Shown piece by piece: positions 37,057 through 46,665 of a DNA stretch of 64,000 nt. The stretch is taken from contig JBBQJD010000001.1 of assembly GCA_038325595.1 (NCBI GenBank), forward strand, positions 6,417 to 70,416, written 5' to 3'. How positions within the stretch are numbered: the first letter of the stretch is position 1; each line of letters opens with the position of its first letter. The notes under the pieces were generated by a model. The model was given only the letters and a program-made list of their open reading frames with translations. It was not told the origin of the DNA and searched no databases. This DNA comes from Bacteroidales bacterium. GTDB lineage: Bacteria; Bacteroidota; Bacteroidia; Bacteroidales; VadinHA17. The position numbers were made by a program, and so were the translations under genes.

Positions 37057-39360
37057 TTAAGAACTTTTTTTGCTCTTATCACTGTTTTCAATAATCTTCA
37101 GGCAATCTTCCCTGGTAAGACTTTCTGCATTAGTCCCTTTTGGTAACCTGTAATTAACCTTGTCCTTTACGAGATAAGGTCCGTATCTTCCATTCAGTAC
37201 CTGCATCCCGTCAAAATCCTTGATAACCTTTTTCTTGTCGTTATCGTGTTTCTCAAGAATTATCTCCACCGCTCTTTCAAAAGTTATTGTATAAGGATCA
37301 TCCACCCCTTTCTTAAGTGAATAAAATTTGTTTTTGTGTTTTACATAAGGTCCGAATCTGCCAACCCCGACTAACATATCTGCCCCGTCATATTCTCCAA
37401 GTGACCGGGGAAGGCGGAACAGATTTAATGCTTCTTCCAGAGTGATAGTTTCAATAAGTTGATTTTTAGTAAGGCTTGCAAACCTGGGTTTTTCATCATC
37501 TCCGGTGTTCCCGATCTGTGCAATAGGACCATATCTGCCCATCCTCACTGTAACAGGTTCTCCCGTTTCAGGATGATTGCCAAGAACTCTGACCCCTGTT
37601 TTTCTTTCTTTCTTTTCCAGGGTGGATGTAACTGTTTTATGAAAAGGTGAGTAGAAATTCTCCAGCATCCCGGTCCATTGCAGCTTGCCCAATGCAATCT
37701 CATCAAACTGTTCTTCAATATCCGCGGTGAAGTTATAATCGACAATCTCTGAAAAATTCTCTGTCAGGAAATCATTGACTATCATACCTATATCCAAAGG
37801 GAAAAGTTTTGATTTTTCTTTTCCTGCGATCTCTGTCCTGGTGCTGGGTGAAAGCTTTCCTTTTTCCAGGGTAACTATTTTTATAACCCGTTTCTCGCCC
37901 GGTCTGTCCTCACGGGAAACATATCCCCTGTTCTGTATAGTTGAAATTGTAGGTGCATAAGTTGAAGGCCTTCCGATTCCCAACTCCTCCAGCTTCTTAA
38001 CCAGGCTTGCTTCAGTATACCTGGGTGGCGGTGTTGTGAATTTCTGTGTAGCTGTGATATCATCATAAAATAGAGGCATGCCTTTGACCACCGGAGGAAT
38101 AACGTATCTTGCTTCTTCTCCGTTTTCCTGATCGGTCGATTCAGTATATACCCTCAGGAAGCCATCAAATATGATAACCTCTCCGTTTGCCTGGAATGTA
38201 ACTGGCGAATTATCCATGTCAATTGAAATGGAAGTCTTCTCAATTTCTGCATCTGCCATCTGTGATGCTATTGTCCTCTTCCAGATCAGTTCATATAATC
38301 TTTTCTCATTGCTGTTGCCGGAAATCTCCGGTTGATCAAGATAAGCAGGACGGATAGCTTCATGAGCCTCCTGAGCTCCTTTTGATTTTGTCTTGAACTG
38401 CCTTGTTTTGGAATACCTGGCTCCGTATTCTTTTGTAATCATGTCACGCGATTTGACAAGGGCAAGATTGGAAAGGTTTGTCGAGTCTGTTCTCATGTAA
38501 GTTATCTTACCTCCTTCATAAAGCTTCTGGGCTACCGCCATTGTCTGGGAAACTGAAAAACCCAGCTTTCTATATGCTTCCTGCTGCAGGGTGGAAGTGG
38601 TAAAAGGTGCAGCCGGAGAGCGGGTGCCAGGCTTAATGCTGATATTGGCAATTTTATAACCAGAGGTATTGCAGAGCTTTAAGAATTCAGAAGCTTCTTT
38701 TTCACCTGGAAATCTTTTGGATGCTTCAGCTTTGAGTATTGCACTCTCCTCGCTGAGTGATCCTATTCTGAAAGTAGCTGTAACCCTGAAAGCTGACTCA
38801 CTTTTGAAAGCAATTATCTCCCTTTCCCTTTCAACGAGGAGCCTCACAGCAACTGACTGAACCCTTCCTGCAGAAAGAGAAGGCTGAACCTTCTTCCACA
38901 GTACCGGTGAAATTTCAAATCCTACCAGCCTGTCGAGGATACGTCTTGCCTGTTGAGAATTTACAAGATTCATATCTATCTGGCGCGGATTTTCAATAGC
39001 AGTGGATATCGCTTCCTTGGTTATTTCATGAAATACTATTCTTCTTGTTGAAGCAATATCGAGGTTCAGAACACTTGCAAGATGCCACGCAATTGCTTCT
39101 CCCTCACGGTCCTCGTCAGATGCTATCCATATGTTCTTTGAGCCGGAGGCGGCTTTGCGAAGCTCGTTTACAACCTTTGTTTTCTCTTTAGGGACTTCGT
39201 ATTCAGGAGTGAAATTATCCTCTATCTTTATTCCAAGGTTCTTTTTGGCAAGATCCCTTATATGTCCGAAACTCGATACGACCCGGAAATCTTTTCCCAG
39301 GAACTTCTCTATAGTCTTTGCTTTGGCAGGAGACTCAACAATTACAAGATTTTCGATCAT
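37057..39360 (-). CDS. topA: DNA topoisomerase I
   Basis: 767 aa. Toprim N-terminus LVIVESPAKAKTIEKFLG, an active-site region, and C-terminal repeats. Confidence 0.95.
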   Translation of the reverse strand: MIENLVIVESPAKAKTIEKFLGKDFRVVSSFGHIRDLAKKNLGIKIEDNFTPEYEVPKEKTKVVNELRKAASGSKNIWIASDEDREGEAIAWHLASVLNLDIASTRRIVFHEITKEAISTAIENPRQIDMNLVNSQQARRILDRLVGFEISPVLWKKVQPSLSAGRVQSVAVRLLVEREREIIAFKSESAFRVTATFRIGSLSEESAILKAEASKRFPGEKEASEFLKLCNTSGYKIANISIKPGTRSPAAPFTTSTLQQEAYRKLGFSVSQTMAVAQKLYEGGKITYMRTDSTNLSNLALVKSRDMITKEYGARYSKTRQFKTKSKGAQEAHEAIRPAYLDQPEISGNSNEKRLYELIWKRTIASQMADAEIEKTSISIDMDNSPVTFQANGEVIIFDGFLRVYTESTDQENGEEARYVIPPVVKGMPLFYDDITATQKFTTPPPRYTEASLVKKLEELGIGRPSTYAPTISTIQNRGYVSREDRPGEKRVIKIVTLEKGKLSPSTRTEIAGKEKSKLFPLDIGMIVNDFLTENFSEIVDYNFTADIEEQFDEIALGKLQWTGMLENFYSPFHKTVTSTLEKKERKTGVRVLGNHPETGEPVTVRMGRYGPIAQIGNTGDDEKPRFASLTKNQLIETITLEEALNLFRLPRSLGEYDGADMLVGVGRFGPYVKHKNKFYSLKKGVDDPYTITFERAVEIILEKHDNDKKKVIKDFDGMQVLNGRYGPYLVKDKVNYRLPKGTNAESLTREDCLKIIENSDKSKKSS

Positions 39361-39479
39361 CAGACAGTATTTTTGTTCTTTTATCAGACGACAAAGTAAG
39401 TCATTTAGGTACCAAACTTCAAAATAAACCGTTAAGATTCTTTATTATTTACTAATTTTAGCCCAAATTTTTAAAGTAA

Positions 39480-41825
39480 ATGAAAGGCAATACATCAAAC
39501 AAAAAATACCTTATCTGGTTCTGGTCATTGTTCATTTTTCCATTTGCTGTCATTATCATTATTTTCATCCTTATTTCGAAAGAGAAACTTGGCAGAATGC
39601 CATCTTTCGAAGAACTGGGAAACCCTGAATACTATCTTGCAGCAGAGGTAATTTCCGAAGATGGAGTACTTCTGGGGAAGATCAGTATTGAAAACCGTAC
39701 ATGGTCAGAATTCAATGATCTTTCGCCATACCTCATTGATGCACTTATTGCCACCGAAGATATAAGATATTACAGACACTCAGGCATAGACATACGTGGT
39801 TTGGGAAGAGCCGGTATCCTAACAATCCTTTTAGGACAGAGTACAGGGGGAGGCAGCACAATTACACAACAGCTTGCAAAACAGCTGTATCCGAGAGATA
39901 CAGCGAGGAACTCTTCACTAATGAAAAAAGTCAGGCTGGGAGTATCAAAGTTCAAGGAATGGCAGACATCGGTTAAGCTTGAACGGAGCTATACAAAGGA
40001 TGAGATAATCACAATGTATCTTAATAAATTTGACTTTAGCTATAATGCTATTGGAATAAAGTCTGCCGCCAAGGTCTACTTCAATACAACACCCGATTCA
40101 CTTAACCTGCAACAATCGGCAGTGCTTGTTGGAATGCTCAAGGCTTCCACAAGATATAATCCGGTGAGGAATCCTGAGCTTATGCTTACCCGGCGCAATG
40201 TTGTCCTTTCACAAATGACAAAATACGGGTTCATTCCTTCTTCAGTTGCTGATTCGGTCAAACAGTTGCCAGTTGAAACGGACTTTAAAGTGGAAGATCA
40301 TAATTCAGGACTTGCCACATACCTGAGGGAATATATCAGGTATATGATGAGAAGACCTGAACCAGTCAAAGACCTTTATGAAAACAAATCATCTTATGAA
40401 GAGGCATTATGGGAATGGGAAAATAATGCGCTTTATGGCTGGTGCAACAAAAATAAAAAGCCGGACGGAACAGTATATGATGTATATAAGGACGGTCTGA
40501 AGATCTATACTACCATCGATTCACGGATGCAGAAATATGCTGAAGAGGCAATGATCGAACATCTTTCAAAAGATGTGCAGCCTGATTTTTACAGGAGGGC
40601 AAAGGGCTTTAAAAACCCTCCCTACTCCGATGATATGTCTAAAAAGGAGATTGACGAGCTTATCATGAGATCAATCAAGGATAGCGAAAGATATATTATG
40701 CTGAGAGCCAACCGTGTTTCAATGGATTCAATCATGCTGATATTCAATACGCCTGTGAAAATGAGGGTTTTTTCATGGAAAGGCGACAGGGATACTGTGA
40801 TGACTCCGATTGATTCAATAAAATATTACAAGTATTTCATAAGATCATCATTCCTTGTTGAAAATCCGCATAACGGGCATGTAAAAGCATATGTAGGGGG
40901 ACCCGATTTCAGATACTTTAAATGGGATGGTGTCACCCGGCAGAGAAAACAGGTTGGAAGTACCATCAAACCATTCCTTTATACCGTTGCAATGCAGAAT
41001 GGCTATTCCCCCTGCTATGAAGTTGAGAACATTCCAAGATCATTCGATGTAGGCGATTCGATTCCCTATACACCAAAAAGCTCAGGGCCAAGGGCTTATC
41101 ATGGCAAGATGGTTACCCTGGCTTGGGGGCTTGCTCAATCTGAAAATTATATTTCAGCCTGGCTTATGCAGCAATTCAAACCTACTGCCGTAACAGATAT
41201 AATGAAAAAAATGGGTATAAGAAGTTTTATTGATCCCGTGCCTTCAATTTTTCTGGGAACTTCCGATATCAAGCTTGAAGAGATGGTTGGTGCATATGGT
41301 ACCTTTGCAAATAAAGGTGTATACACAAAGCCTATGTATGTTACCCGTATTGAAGACAAAAACGGAAATGTAATATCCAGGTTTACCCCTAAAATTGAAG
41401 AGGTCTTAAGTGAAGACCAGGCTTATCTCATGGTTCACCTTCTTCAGGGAGTTGTAAGAAGCGGATCCGGAATAAGGATGAGGACTACTTATAATCTCAA
41501 TAACCAGATTGGCGGGAAAACCGGTACTACACAGAATCATTCAAACGGATGGTTCATGGGAATAACACCGAATCTTGTCGGAGGAGTTTGGAGCGGATGG
41601 GAGGACCAGTCAATTCACTTCGAGACTCTTGGAGAAGGTCAGGGAGCTAATATGGCACTTCCTATTATGGCTATTTTCCTGTCGAAAGTATATAAGGATC
41701 CCCAGTTTGGAATAATGGAGGCTGATGAATTTGAACGTCCCGCAAACTTCAATATCGAGCTCGACTGCGAAAAAGTGAAAAGGGCAAATTCATTGCGGGA
41801 TAATTACAGACGGGTCAGATACTAA
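39480..41825 (+). CDS. mrcA: Bifunctional class A penicillin-binding protein (PBP1A-type transglycosylase/transpeptidase)
   Basis: 781 aa with an N-terminal TM. GT51 motif ATEDIRYYRHSGID. Transpeptidase motifs SxxK (GSTIKPF) and KTGT. Confidence 0.9.
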   Translation: MKGNTSNKKYLIWFWSLFIFPFAVIIIIFILISKEKLGRMPSFEELGNPEYYLAAEVISEDGVLLGKISIENRTWSEFNDLSPYLIDALIATEDIRYYRHSGIDIRGLGRAGILTILLGQSTGGGSTITQQLAKQLYPRDTARNSSLMKKVRLGVSKFKEWQTSVKLERSYTKDEIITMYLNKFDFSYNAIGIKSAAKVYFNTTPDSLNLQQSAVLVGMLKASTRYNPVRNPELMLTRRNVVLSQMTKYGFIPSSVADSVKQLPVETDFKVEDHNSGLATYLREYIRYMMRRPEPVKDLYENKSSYEEALWEWENNALYGWCNKNKKPDGTVYDVYKDGLKIYTTIDSRMQKYAEEAMIEHLSKDVQPDFYRRAKGFKNPPYSDDMSKKEIDELIMRSIKDSERYIMLRANRVSMDSIMLIFNTPVKMRVFSWKGDRDTVMTPIDSIKYYKYFIRSSFLVENPHNGHVKAYVGGPDFRYFKWDGVTRQRKQVGSTIKPFLYTVAMQNGYSPCYEVENIPRSFDVGDSIPYTPKSSGPRAYHGKMVTLAWGLAQSENYISAWLMQQFKPTAVTDIMKKMGIRSFIDPVPSIFLGTSDIKLEEMVGAYGTFANKGVYTKPMYVTRIEDKNGNVISRFTPKIEEVLSEDQAYLMVHLLQGVVRSGSGIRMRTTYNLNNQIGGKTGTTQNHSNGWFMGITPNLVGGVWSGWEDQSIHFETLGEGQGANMALPIMAIFLSKVYKDPQFGIMEADEFERPANFNIELDCEKVKRANSLRDNYRRVRY

Positions 41826-41837
41826 ACCAATCACGAA

Positions 41838-43199
41838 TTAACTAAACAACGATCTTACCAGGTTTTCGATTTTGGCTACACTCACCACCTCAATGTTCAG
41901 GCCGTTAAGAGAAATATTCCTGTGATATTTTGAAATGTATATTTTATTGAATCCCATCTTCGAGGCTTCACGTATACGTTGTTCAATACGGGAAACCGGC
42001 CTTATCTCACCTGATAACCCGGCTTCACCTGAAAAGCATACCTCCCTGGGGATTGGAATATCGAGGTTTGAGGATAATACCGAGCTTAGTATTGCCAGGT
42101 CGATCGCCGGGTCATTGACTTTTATTCCGCCTGCAATATTCAGGAACACATCTTTTACTCCAAGTCTGAATCCTGCCCTTTTTTCGAGAACAGCAAGAAG
42201 CATGTTAAGTCTTCTTATGTCAAATCCTGTCGAGCTGCGCTGAGGTGTTCCGTAGACGGCACTGCTCACAAGTGCCTGTGTCTCAATTAAAAAAGGCCTT
42301 AGTCCGTCAACTGTTGCTGCAATTGAGATCCCGCTCAGGGCTTCTTCATGTTGATTTATGAACATCTCCGAGGGATTGTCAACCTCCCTTAAACCTTTCT
42401 CAACCATTTCAAAAATACCTATCTCAGAAGTGGAGCCAAACCTGTTTTTAACAGACCGGAGTATTCTGTAAACATAGTTGTTGTCGCCTTCAAAATAAAG
42501 AACAACATCTACAATATGTTCAAGCACTTTAGGCCCGGCCAGGGTGCCATCTTTGGTTATATGGCCAATAAGGAATACAGGTATGCCGGTAATTTTAGAA
42601 TATTTAAGGAGCTGTCCTGCACATTCCCTTACCTGGGAGACTGACCCTGCCGATGATTCTATCATTCCAGTGCTGATTGTCTGAATGGAATCTATTATTA
42701 TCAGTCGGGGTTTAATATTTTCTGCATGAGTGAGTATGCTTTCAAGTTCGGTTTCATTGAGAATATAGCAATGAGGATTGGTGTTTTTCATCCTTTGAGC
42801 TCTCAGGCTTATTTGTTCTTCGCTCTCTTCACCTGAAACATACAGTATATTCTTTCCCTTAAGTGCAAGGGCAAGCTGAAGGGCAAGGGTCGATTTCCCG
42901 ACGCCCGGTTCTCCTCCCAGCAGAATCAGCGATCCGCCTACAATTCCGCCGCCAAGTATCCTGTCAAGTTCTGCAATGCCGGTTTTTTGCCTGCCGTGTT
43001 CATCGGCTTTTATACTATCCAGGAGCTCCGGTTTTCTTTTTTCCCGGCTGACTACAAATGCTTTTTCCTGTGATGAAGAAATAGCAATAATCTCTTCATG
43101 ATATGTATTCCATTCCTTGCAGGAGGGGCACCTGCCAATCCATTTTGCTGATTCCACTCCGCAGCTCTGACATACAAAAACCGATTTGCTTTTAGCCAT
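41838..43199 (-). CDS. radA: DNA repair protein RadA/Sms
   Basis: 453 aa. Zinc finger CQSCGVESAKWIGRCPSCKEW, Walker A GEPGVGKST, KNRFG motif, and a Lon-like C-terminal domain. Confidence 0.95.
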   Translation of the reverse strand: MAKSKSVFVCQSCGVESAKWIGRCPSCKEWNTYHEEIIAISSSQEKAFVVSREKRKPELLDSIKADEHGRQKTGIAELDRILGGGIVGGSLILLGGEPGVGKSTLALQLALALKGKNILYVSGEESEEQISLRAQRMKNTNPHCYILNETELESILTHAENIKPRLIIIDSIQTISTGMIESSAGSVSQVRECAGQLLKYSKITGIPVFLIGHITKDGTLAGPKVLEHIVDVVLYFEGDNNYVYRILRSVKNRFGSTSEIGIFEMVEKGLREVDNPSEMFINQHEEALSGISIAATVDGLRPFLIETQALVSSAVYGTPQRSSTGFDIRRLNMLLAVLEKRAGFRLGVKDVFLNIAGGIKVNDPAIDLAILSSVLSSNLDIPIPREVCFSGEAGLSGEIRPVSRIEQRIREASKMGFNKIYISKYHRNISLNGLNIEVVSVAKIENLVRSLFS

Positions 43200-43277
43200 A
43201 AATTTTATGGTCTGATTAAATTAAAAGAAATTTAAAATTAAGGAAATAAAATTAATACCCTCAATTGAGAGCTATAC

Positions 43278-44327
43278 TTACACTCCTATTTTGGGCATCG
43301 GAGGTAGTAGATCGGAAGGTATTTCTTCCTTACGGTCCTTTCTGAAAATGATGAAAAAAGATATTGCACCTACTATTGAAATGAATATCAATTGTGATTC
43401 ATGTGTAAGTAATGCATAAACCAGCCCGTCTTCAATTGGAACACCTTTAACAATAAAAAGGCCACGTGAAATTATATAATGAAATGCTCCAAGTCCGCTC
43501 TGAACAGGAGCTGACATTGCGAGTCCGCCAATAACCAGCAGGAAAATACTGTCTCCAAATGTGAGCTGAGAAGTACTTTCAAGTGAGAATACCACAACCC
43601 AGGTCATTAATGCATAGTTGATCCAGATGAAAACGGTATGAAAAATGAATTCCCATTTCTGTTGAAGTTTTGTAATGGTTTTCATCCCTTTGATTATTCC
43701 TCTTGCAACATCAAACATCTTTGCAAAGATCCTGAATTTTCTCAGGCTGTTTCTATAAATAATCAGCAAAACAAGTGCAGAAAATCCAAGAAAGAACAGT
43801 ATCGCCCAGAGGATCCATGTAACACCGAAAATTGTTATCAGCTTTTCCTGAATCGGCAGCATAATACTCTGATTCAGAAACATACCTATGTCATCACCGC
43901 TGGTAAATATCAGTATTATCATAATAGAAAGCAGTGAAAGGAAATCAATTGTACGTTCAACCACTACTGTCCCGATAAGCTTATCGACAGGTATCTTTTC
44001 CTTTTTGCCCAAAGCTACACAGCGTGTTATCTCTCCTACACGGGGTAAAGCCAGGTTGGCAAGGTACCCTGTCATTAAAGCATAAAAAGAATTTATAAAT
44101 GAAGGTTTGTATCCCAGTGGATTGATGAGGAGCGCCCATCTCCTGGCCCGGCTCATGTAAGCTATCAGTCCGAAAAAGGCAGATAGCAATATCCACGAGT
44201 ATCTGGCTTCTTTAAGACCTTCTGCAAGACGGGAGAAGTCAACATTACGGAACGCGAGCCAAAGCAGGATTGTACCGACAGCCAGGAAAGCAATGAATTT
44301 TATTACCTGAATAATTCCTCTTCTCAA
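43278..44327 (-). CDS. Polytopic membrane protein, flippase-like / LPG-synthase TM-domain family (UPF0104)
   Basis: 349 aa with about 8 TM segments. There is no in-frame ATG near the N-terminus, so a TTG start at 44327 is inferred. Confidence 0.6.
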   Translation of the reverse strand: MRRGIIQVIKFIAFLAVGTILLWLAFRNVDFSRLAEGLKEARYSWILLSAFFGLIAYMSRARRWALLINPLGYKPSFINSFYALMTGYLANLALPRVGEITRCVALGKKEKIPVDKLIGTVVVERTIDFLSLLSIMIILIFTSGDDIGMFLNQSIMLPIQEKLITIFGVTWILWAILFFLGFSALVLLIIYRNSLRKFRIFAKMFDVARGIIKGMKTITKLQQKWEFIFHTVFIWINYALMTWVVVFSLESTSQLTFGDSIFLLVIGGLAMSAPVQSGLGAFHYIISRGLFIVKGVPIEDGLVYALLTHESQLIFISIVGAISFFIIFRKDRKEEIPSDLLPPMPKIGV

Positions 44328-44329
44328 CT

Positions 44330-44680
44330 TCAGATGAGTTTATTGGTTTTTGTATCGGGGAATATGATTGTTGGTTTGAATAATCTGGCTTCATCAAAAT
44401 CAAGCATGGCATACGACATTATCAGAACAACATCACCAACAATTACTTTTCTTGCAGCAGCACCGTTGAGAGCAATATCACCCGATCCTCTTTTTCCTTT
44501 GATGACATATGTTACAAGCCGTTCGCCATTATTCAGGTTTAATACATGAACTTTTTCATTTTCAATGATATTGGCAGCATCCATAAGATCTTCATCAATT
44601 GTGATGCTTCCAATATAATTCAGGTTTGCACCGGTAACGGTAACCCTATGGATTTTCGATTTTATTACTTCTATGAACAT
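44330..44680 (-). CDS. panD: Aspartate 1-decarboxylase
   Basis: 116 aa. [29 protein letters not shown] contains the G-S self-processing site. Confidence 0.95.
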   Translation of the reverse strand: MFIEVIKSKIHRVTVTGANLNYIGSITIDEDLMDAANIIENEKVHVLNLNNGERLVTYVIKGKRGSGDIALNGAAARKVIVGDVVLIMSYAMLDFDEARLFKPTIIFPDTKTNKLI

Positions 44681-44733
44681 AGGACATTTTCTGATTTGTC
44701 GTATTGATCTGCAAAGGTAGTTAACCTTTTTGT

Positions 44734-45591
44734 TCAGACAAATTCAATTTCTACATTATCTATGAGTCTTATATTACCTGCTTTAACTGCAATGCATCCC
44801 CGATATTGTTTATCTTTCTTCATTTCGTTCTTACTTTTAACAGGAATCAACTCATCATCGTCTGCAATTTCAAAATATTCGAGGCTGAACCCGGGGAGGC
44901 TGTTAATACTGTCCCTTACAAAAGACTGTATCTCTGAAACTTCAATGTTCCTGATCATTGCGGAGGCTTTTTTTATAGTTTTATAGATCTCAGGAGCAAG
45001 TTTTCTTATTTCGGGATCCAGAAGACGATTTCTGCTGCTCATTGCCAGGCCGTCAATCTCCCGTATAATCGGATGTCCGATTATCGCGATATTATCACCT
45101 CTCTGCTTCATTAGCTTTTTAATAACGGCAAGCTGCTGGAAATCCTTAATCCCGAATATTGCTTTATCCGGTTTAACAATATCAAAAAGCCTGCTGACAA
45201 CCTGAGCCACGCCGTTAAAATGACCGGGACGGTGAAGGGCTTCCATTACATGATCGAGGTTCCCGAAATTAAATATTCTTTTATCTTCTTCAGGATATAT
45301 TTCGTTGTCGCCGGGAGTGAAAACAATATCATCCTTTCTGAGGACTTTTTCAAGAAGTCCAAGATCGGAATCAAGTGTGCGTGGATAATTTTTCAGATCT
45401 TTTTTATCATTGAACTGGGTTGGATTTACATAAATACTTACTACCACAACAGGACAAAGATCAATGGCTTTTTTAACCAGCGAAATATGGCCATCGTGAA
45501 GAGCTCCCATTGTTGGTACAAAGCCAAGGGGAGTTAGATTCCCTTTACTGATCTGGTTACGGAGTTGTTGAACAGTGTTTATTATTTTCAT
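44734..45591 (-). CDS. panC: Pantoate--beta-alanine ligase
   Basis: ATG at 45591 ([10 protein letters not shown]..). The listed start at 45600 is a TTG. Motifs [13 protein letters not shown] and others. Confidence 0.95.
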   Translation of the reverse strand: MKIINTVQQLRNQISKGNLTPLGFVPTMGALHDGHISLVKKAIDLCPVVVVSIYVNPTQFNDKKDLKNYPRTLDSDLGLLEKVLRKDDIVFTPGDNEIYPEEDKRIFNFGNLDHVMEALHRPGHFNGVAQVVSRLFDIVKPDKAIFGIKDFQQLAVIKKLMKQRGDNIAIIGHPIIREIDGLAMSSRNRLLDPEIRKLAPEIYKTIKKASAMIRNIEVSEIQSFVRDSINSLPGFSLEYFEIADDDELIPVKSKNEMKKDKQYRGCIAVKAGNIRLIDNVEIEFV

Positions 45592-45814
45592 CGTTTTCAA
45601 AATTAATACAAACGTATATTAAAATTAAATAACAGGGAAATAGCAGGGAAAATTAAGGCTTTCTGCAATATCAATTAATTTTTTCAGATGATTGAGTGTC
45701 AGGATAATGCTTTCTTTTTGCTGTGGGGTTATGGTCGTTGTTGTAAGTGCAAAATGACTCATTATGTATGATTTGCTATGTCCGGGCCTATTTAATTATA
45801 TAAATTTTTATTAT

Positions 45815-45822
45815 TATCTTTG
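45815..45822 (+). promoter_or_regulatory. Candidate -7 box (TATCTTTG) for the short glgA-like gene
   Basis: Matches TAnnTTTG, 36 nt upstream of the ATG at 45859. Confidence 0.35.
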
Positions 45823-45858
45823 CACTTTAACTCGAAATGATATTATCCAGGAGGATAA

Positions 45859-46665
45859 ATGGAAAGCAAGAAGGTATTATTCATTTCACAAGAGATTACC
45901 CCATACTTAGGTGAAACAAAATTATCAAGGATAGGAAGGTATCTCCCTCAGGGCATTCAGGAAAGAGGGAAAGAGATCCGGACCTTTATGCCGCGGTATG
46001 GCTGTATCAATGAAAGGAGGAATCAGCTTCACGAAGTTATCAGGCTTTCGGGAATGAATCTTATTATAGATGATACTGATCATCCGCTGATTATTAAGGT
46101 TGCCTCGATACAATCTGCGCGAATGCAGGTCTATTTTATTGATAATGAGGATTATTTTCAGAGAAAGTATATAACCTGCGATGGTGCCGGAAAAGAATTT
46201 GAGGATAATGACGAACGTGCTTTATTCTTTGCCCGTGGTGTAATCGAAACAGTGAAAAAGCTGAGGTGGGCTCCTGATATTGTTCATTGTCACGGATGGA
46301 TGTCAGCACTTGTTCCCGTATATTTAAGGAGCTTATATAATGATGATCCCCTGTTCCACAATTACAAAATAATCTATTCAATTTACAATAACGATTTTAA
46401 AACTCCGTTTAGATCAACATTCGCCGATAAACTGCGCTTTGACGGAATTGACGGAGAAAATCTCAAGATGGTAAAAAAACCTGATTTTGTTAACGTCTCC
46501 AAACTGGCAATTAAATATTCTGACGGCATAATTATCGGAAGTGAAGATATTAATGAAGAACTGAAAAATTACCTGAGCACTGTTGAAAAACCGGTTCTTC
46601 AATTCAAAGATGAGAGCCAATATATTGATGCCTATAATGAGTTTTATGACAAGATACTATCATAG
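45859..46665 (+). CDS. Half-size glycogen/starch synthase-like protein (GT5 N-terminal domain only)
   Basis: 268 aa. KVLFISQEITPY..K.S.IG is like the GlgA N-terminus, and HCHGWMSALVP is like the GlgA HxHDWxT region. The ORF ends where full-length GlgA would begin its C-terminal GT1 domain. Confidence 0.75.
   Translation: MESKKVLFISQEITPYLGETKLSRIGRYLPQGIQERGKEIRTFMPRYGCINERRNQLHEVIRLSGMNLIIDDTDHPLIIKVASIQSARMQVYFIDNEDYFQRKYITCDGAGKEFEDNDERALFFARGVIETVKKLRWAPDIVHCHGWMSALVPVYLRSLYNDDPLFHNYKIIYSIYNNDFKTPFRSTFADKLRFDGIDGENLKMVKKPDFVNVSKLAIKYSDGIIIGSEDINEELKNYLSTVEKPVLQFKDESQYIDAYNEFYDKILS

Noticed and set aside
41838-43199. RadA/Sms as part of a mobile or defence module.
   Set aside because: It has the canonical zinc-finger, RecA-like and Lon-like architecture and lies in a housekeeping context (PBP1A, panCD). 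Nothing suggests an accessory element.
46583-46645. Listed TTG start of the DUF4270-like ORF, 83 nt inside the GlgA-like gene.
   Set aside because: The extension precedes the signal peptide and lipobox by about 60 residues. The downstream ATGs (46628-46646) give a normal lipoprotein precursor.
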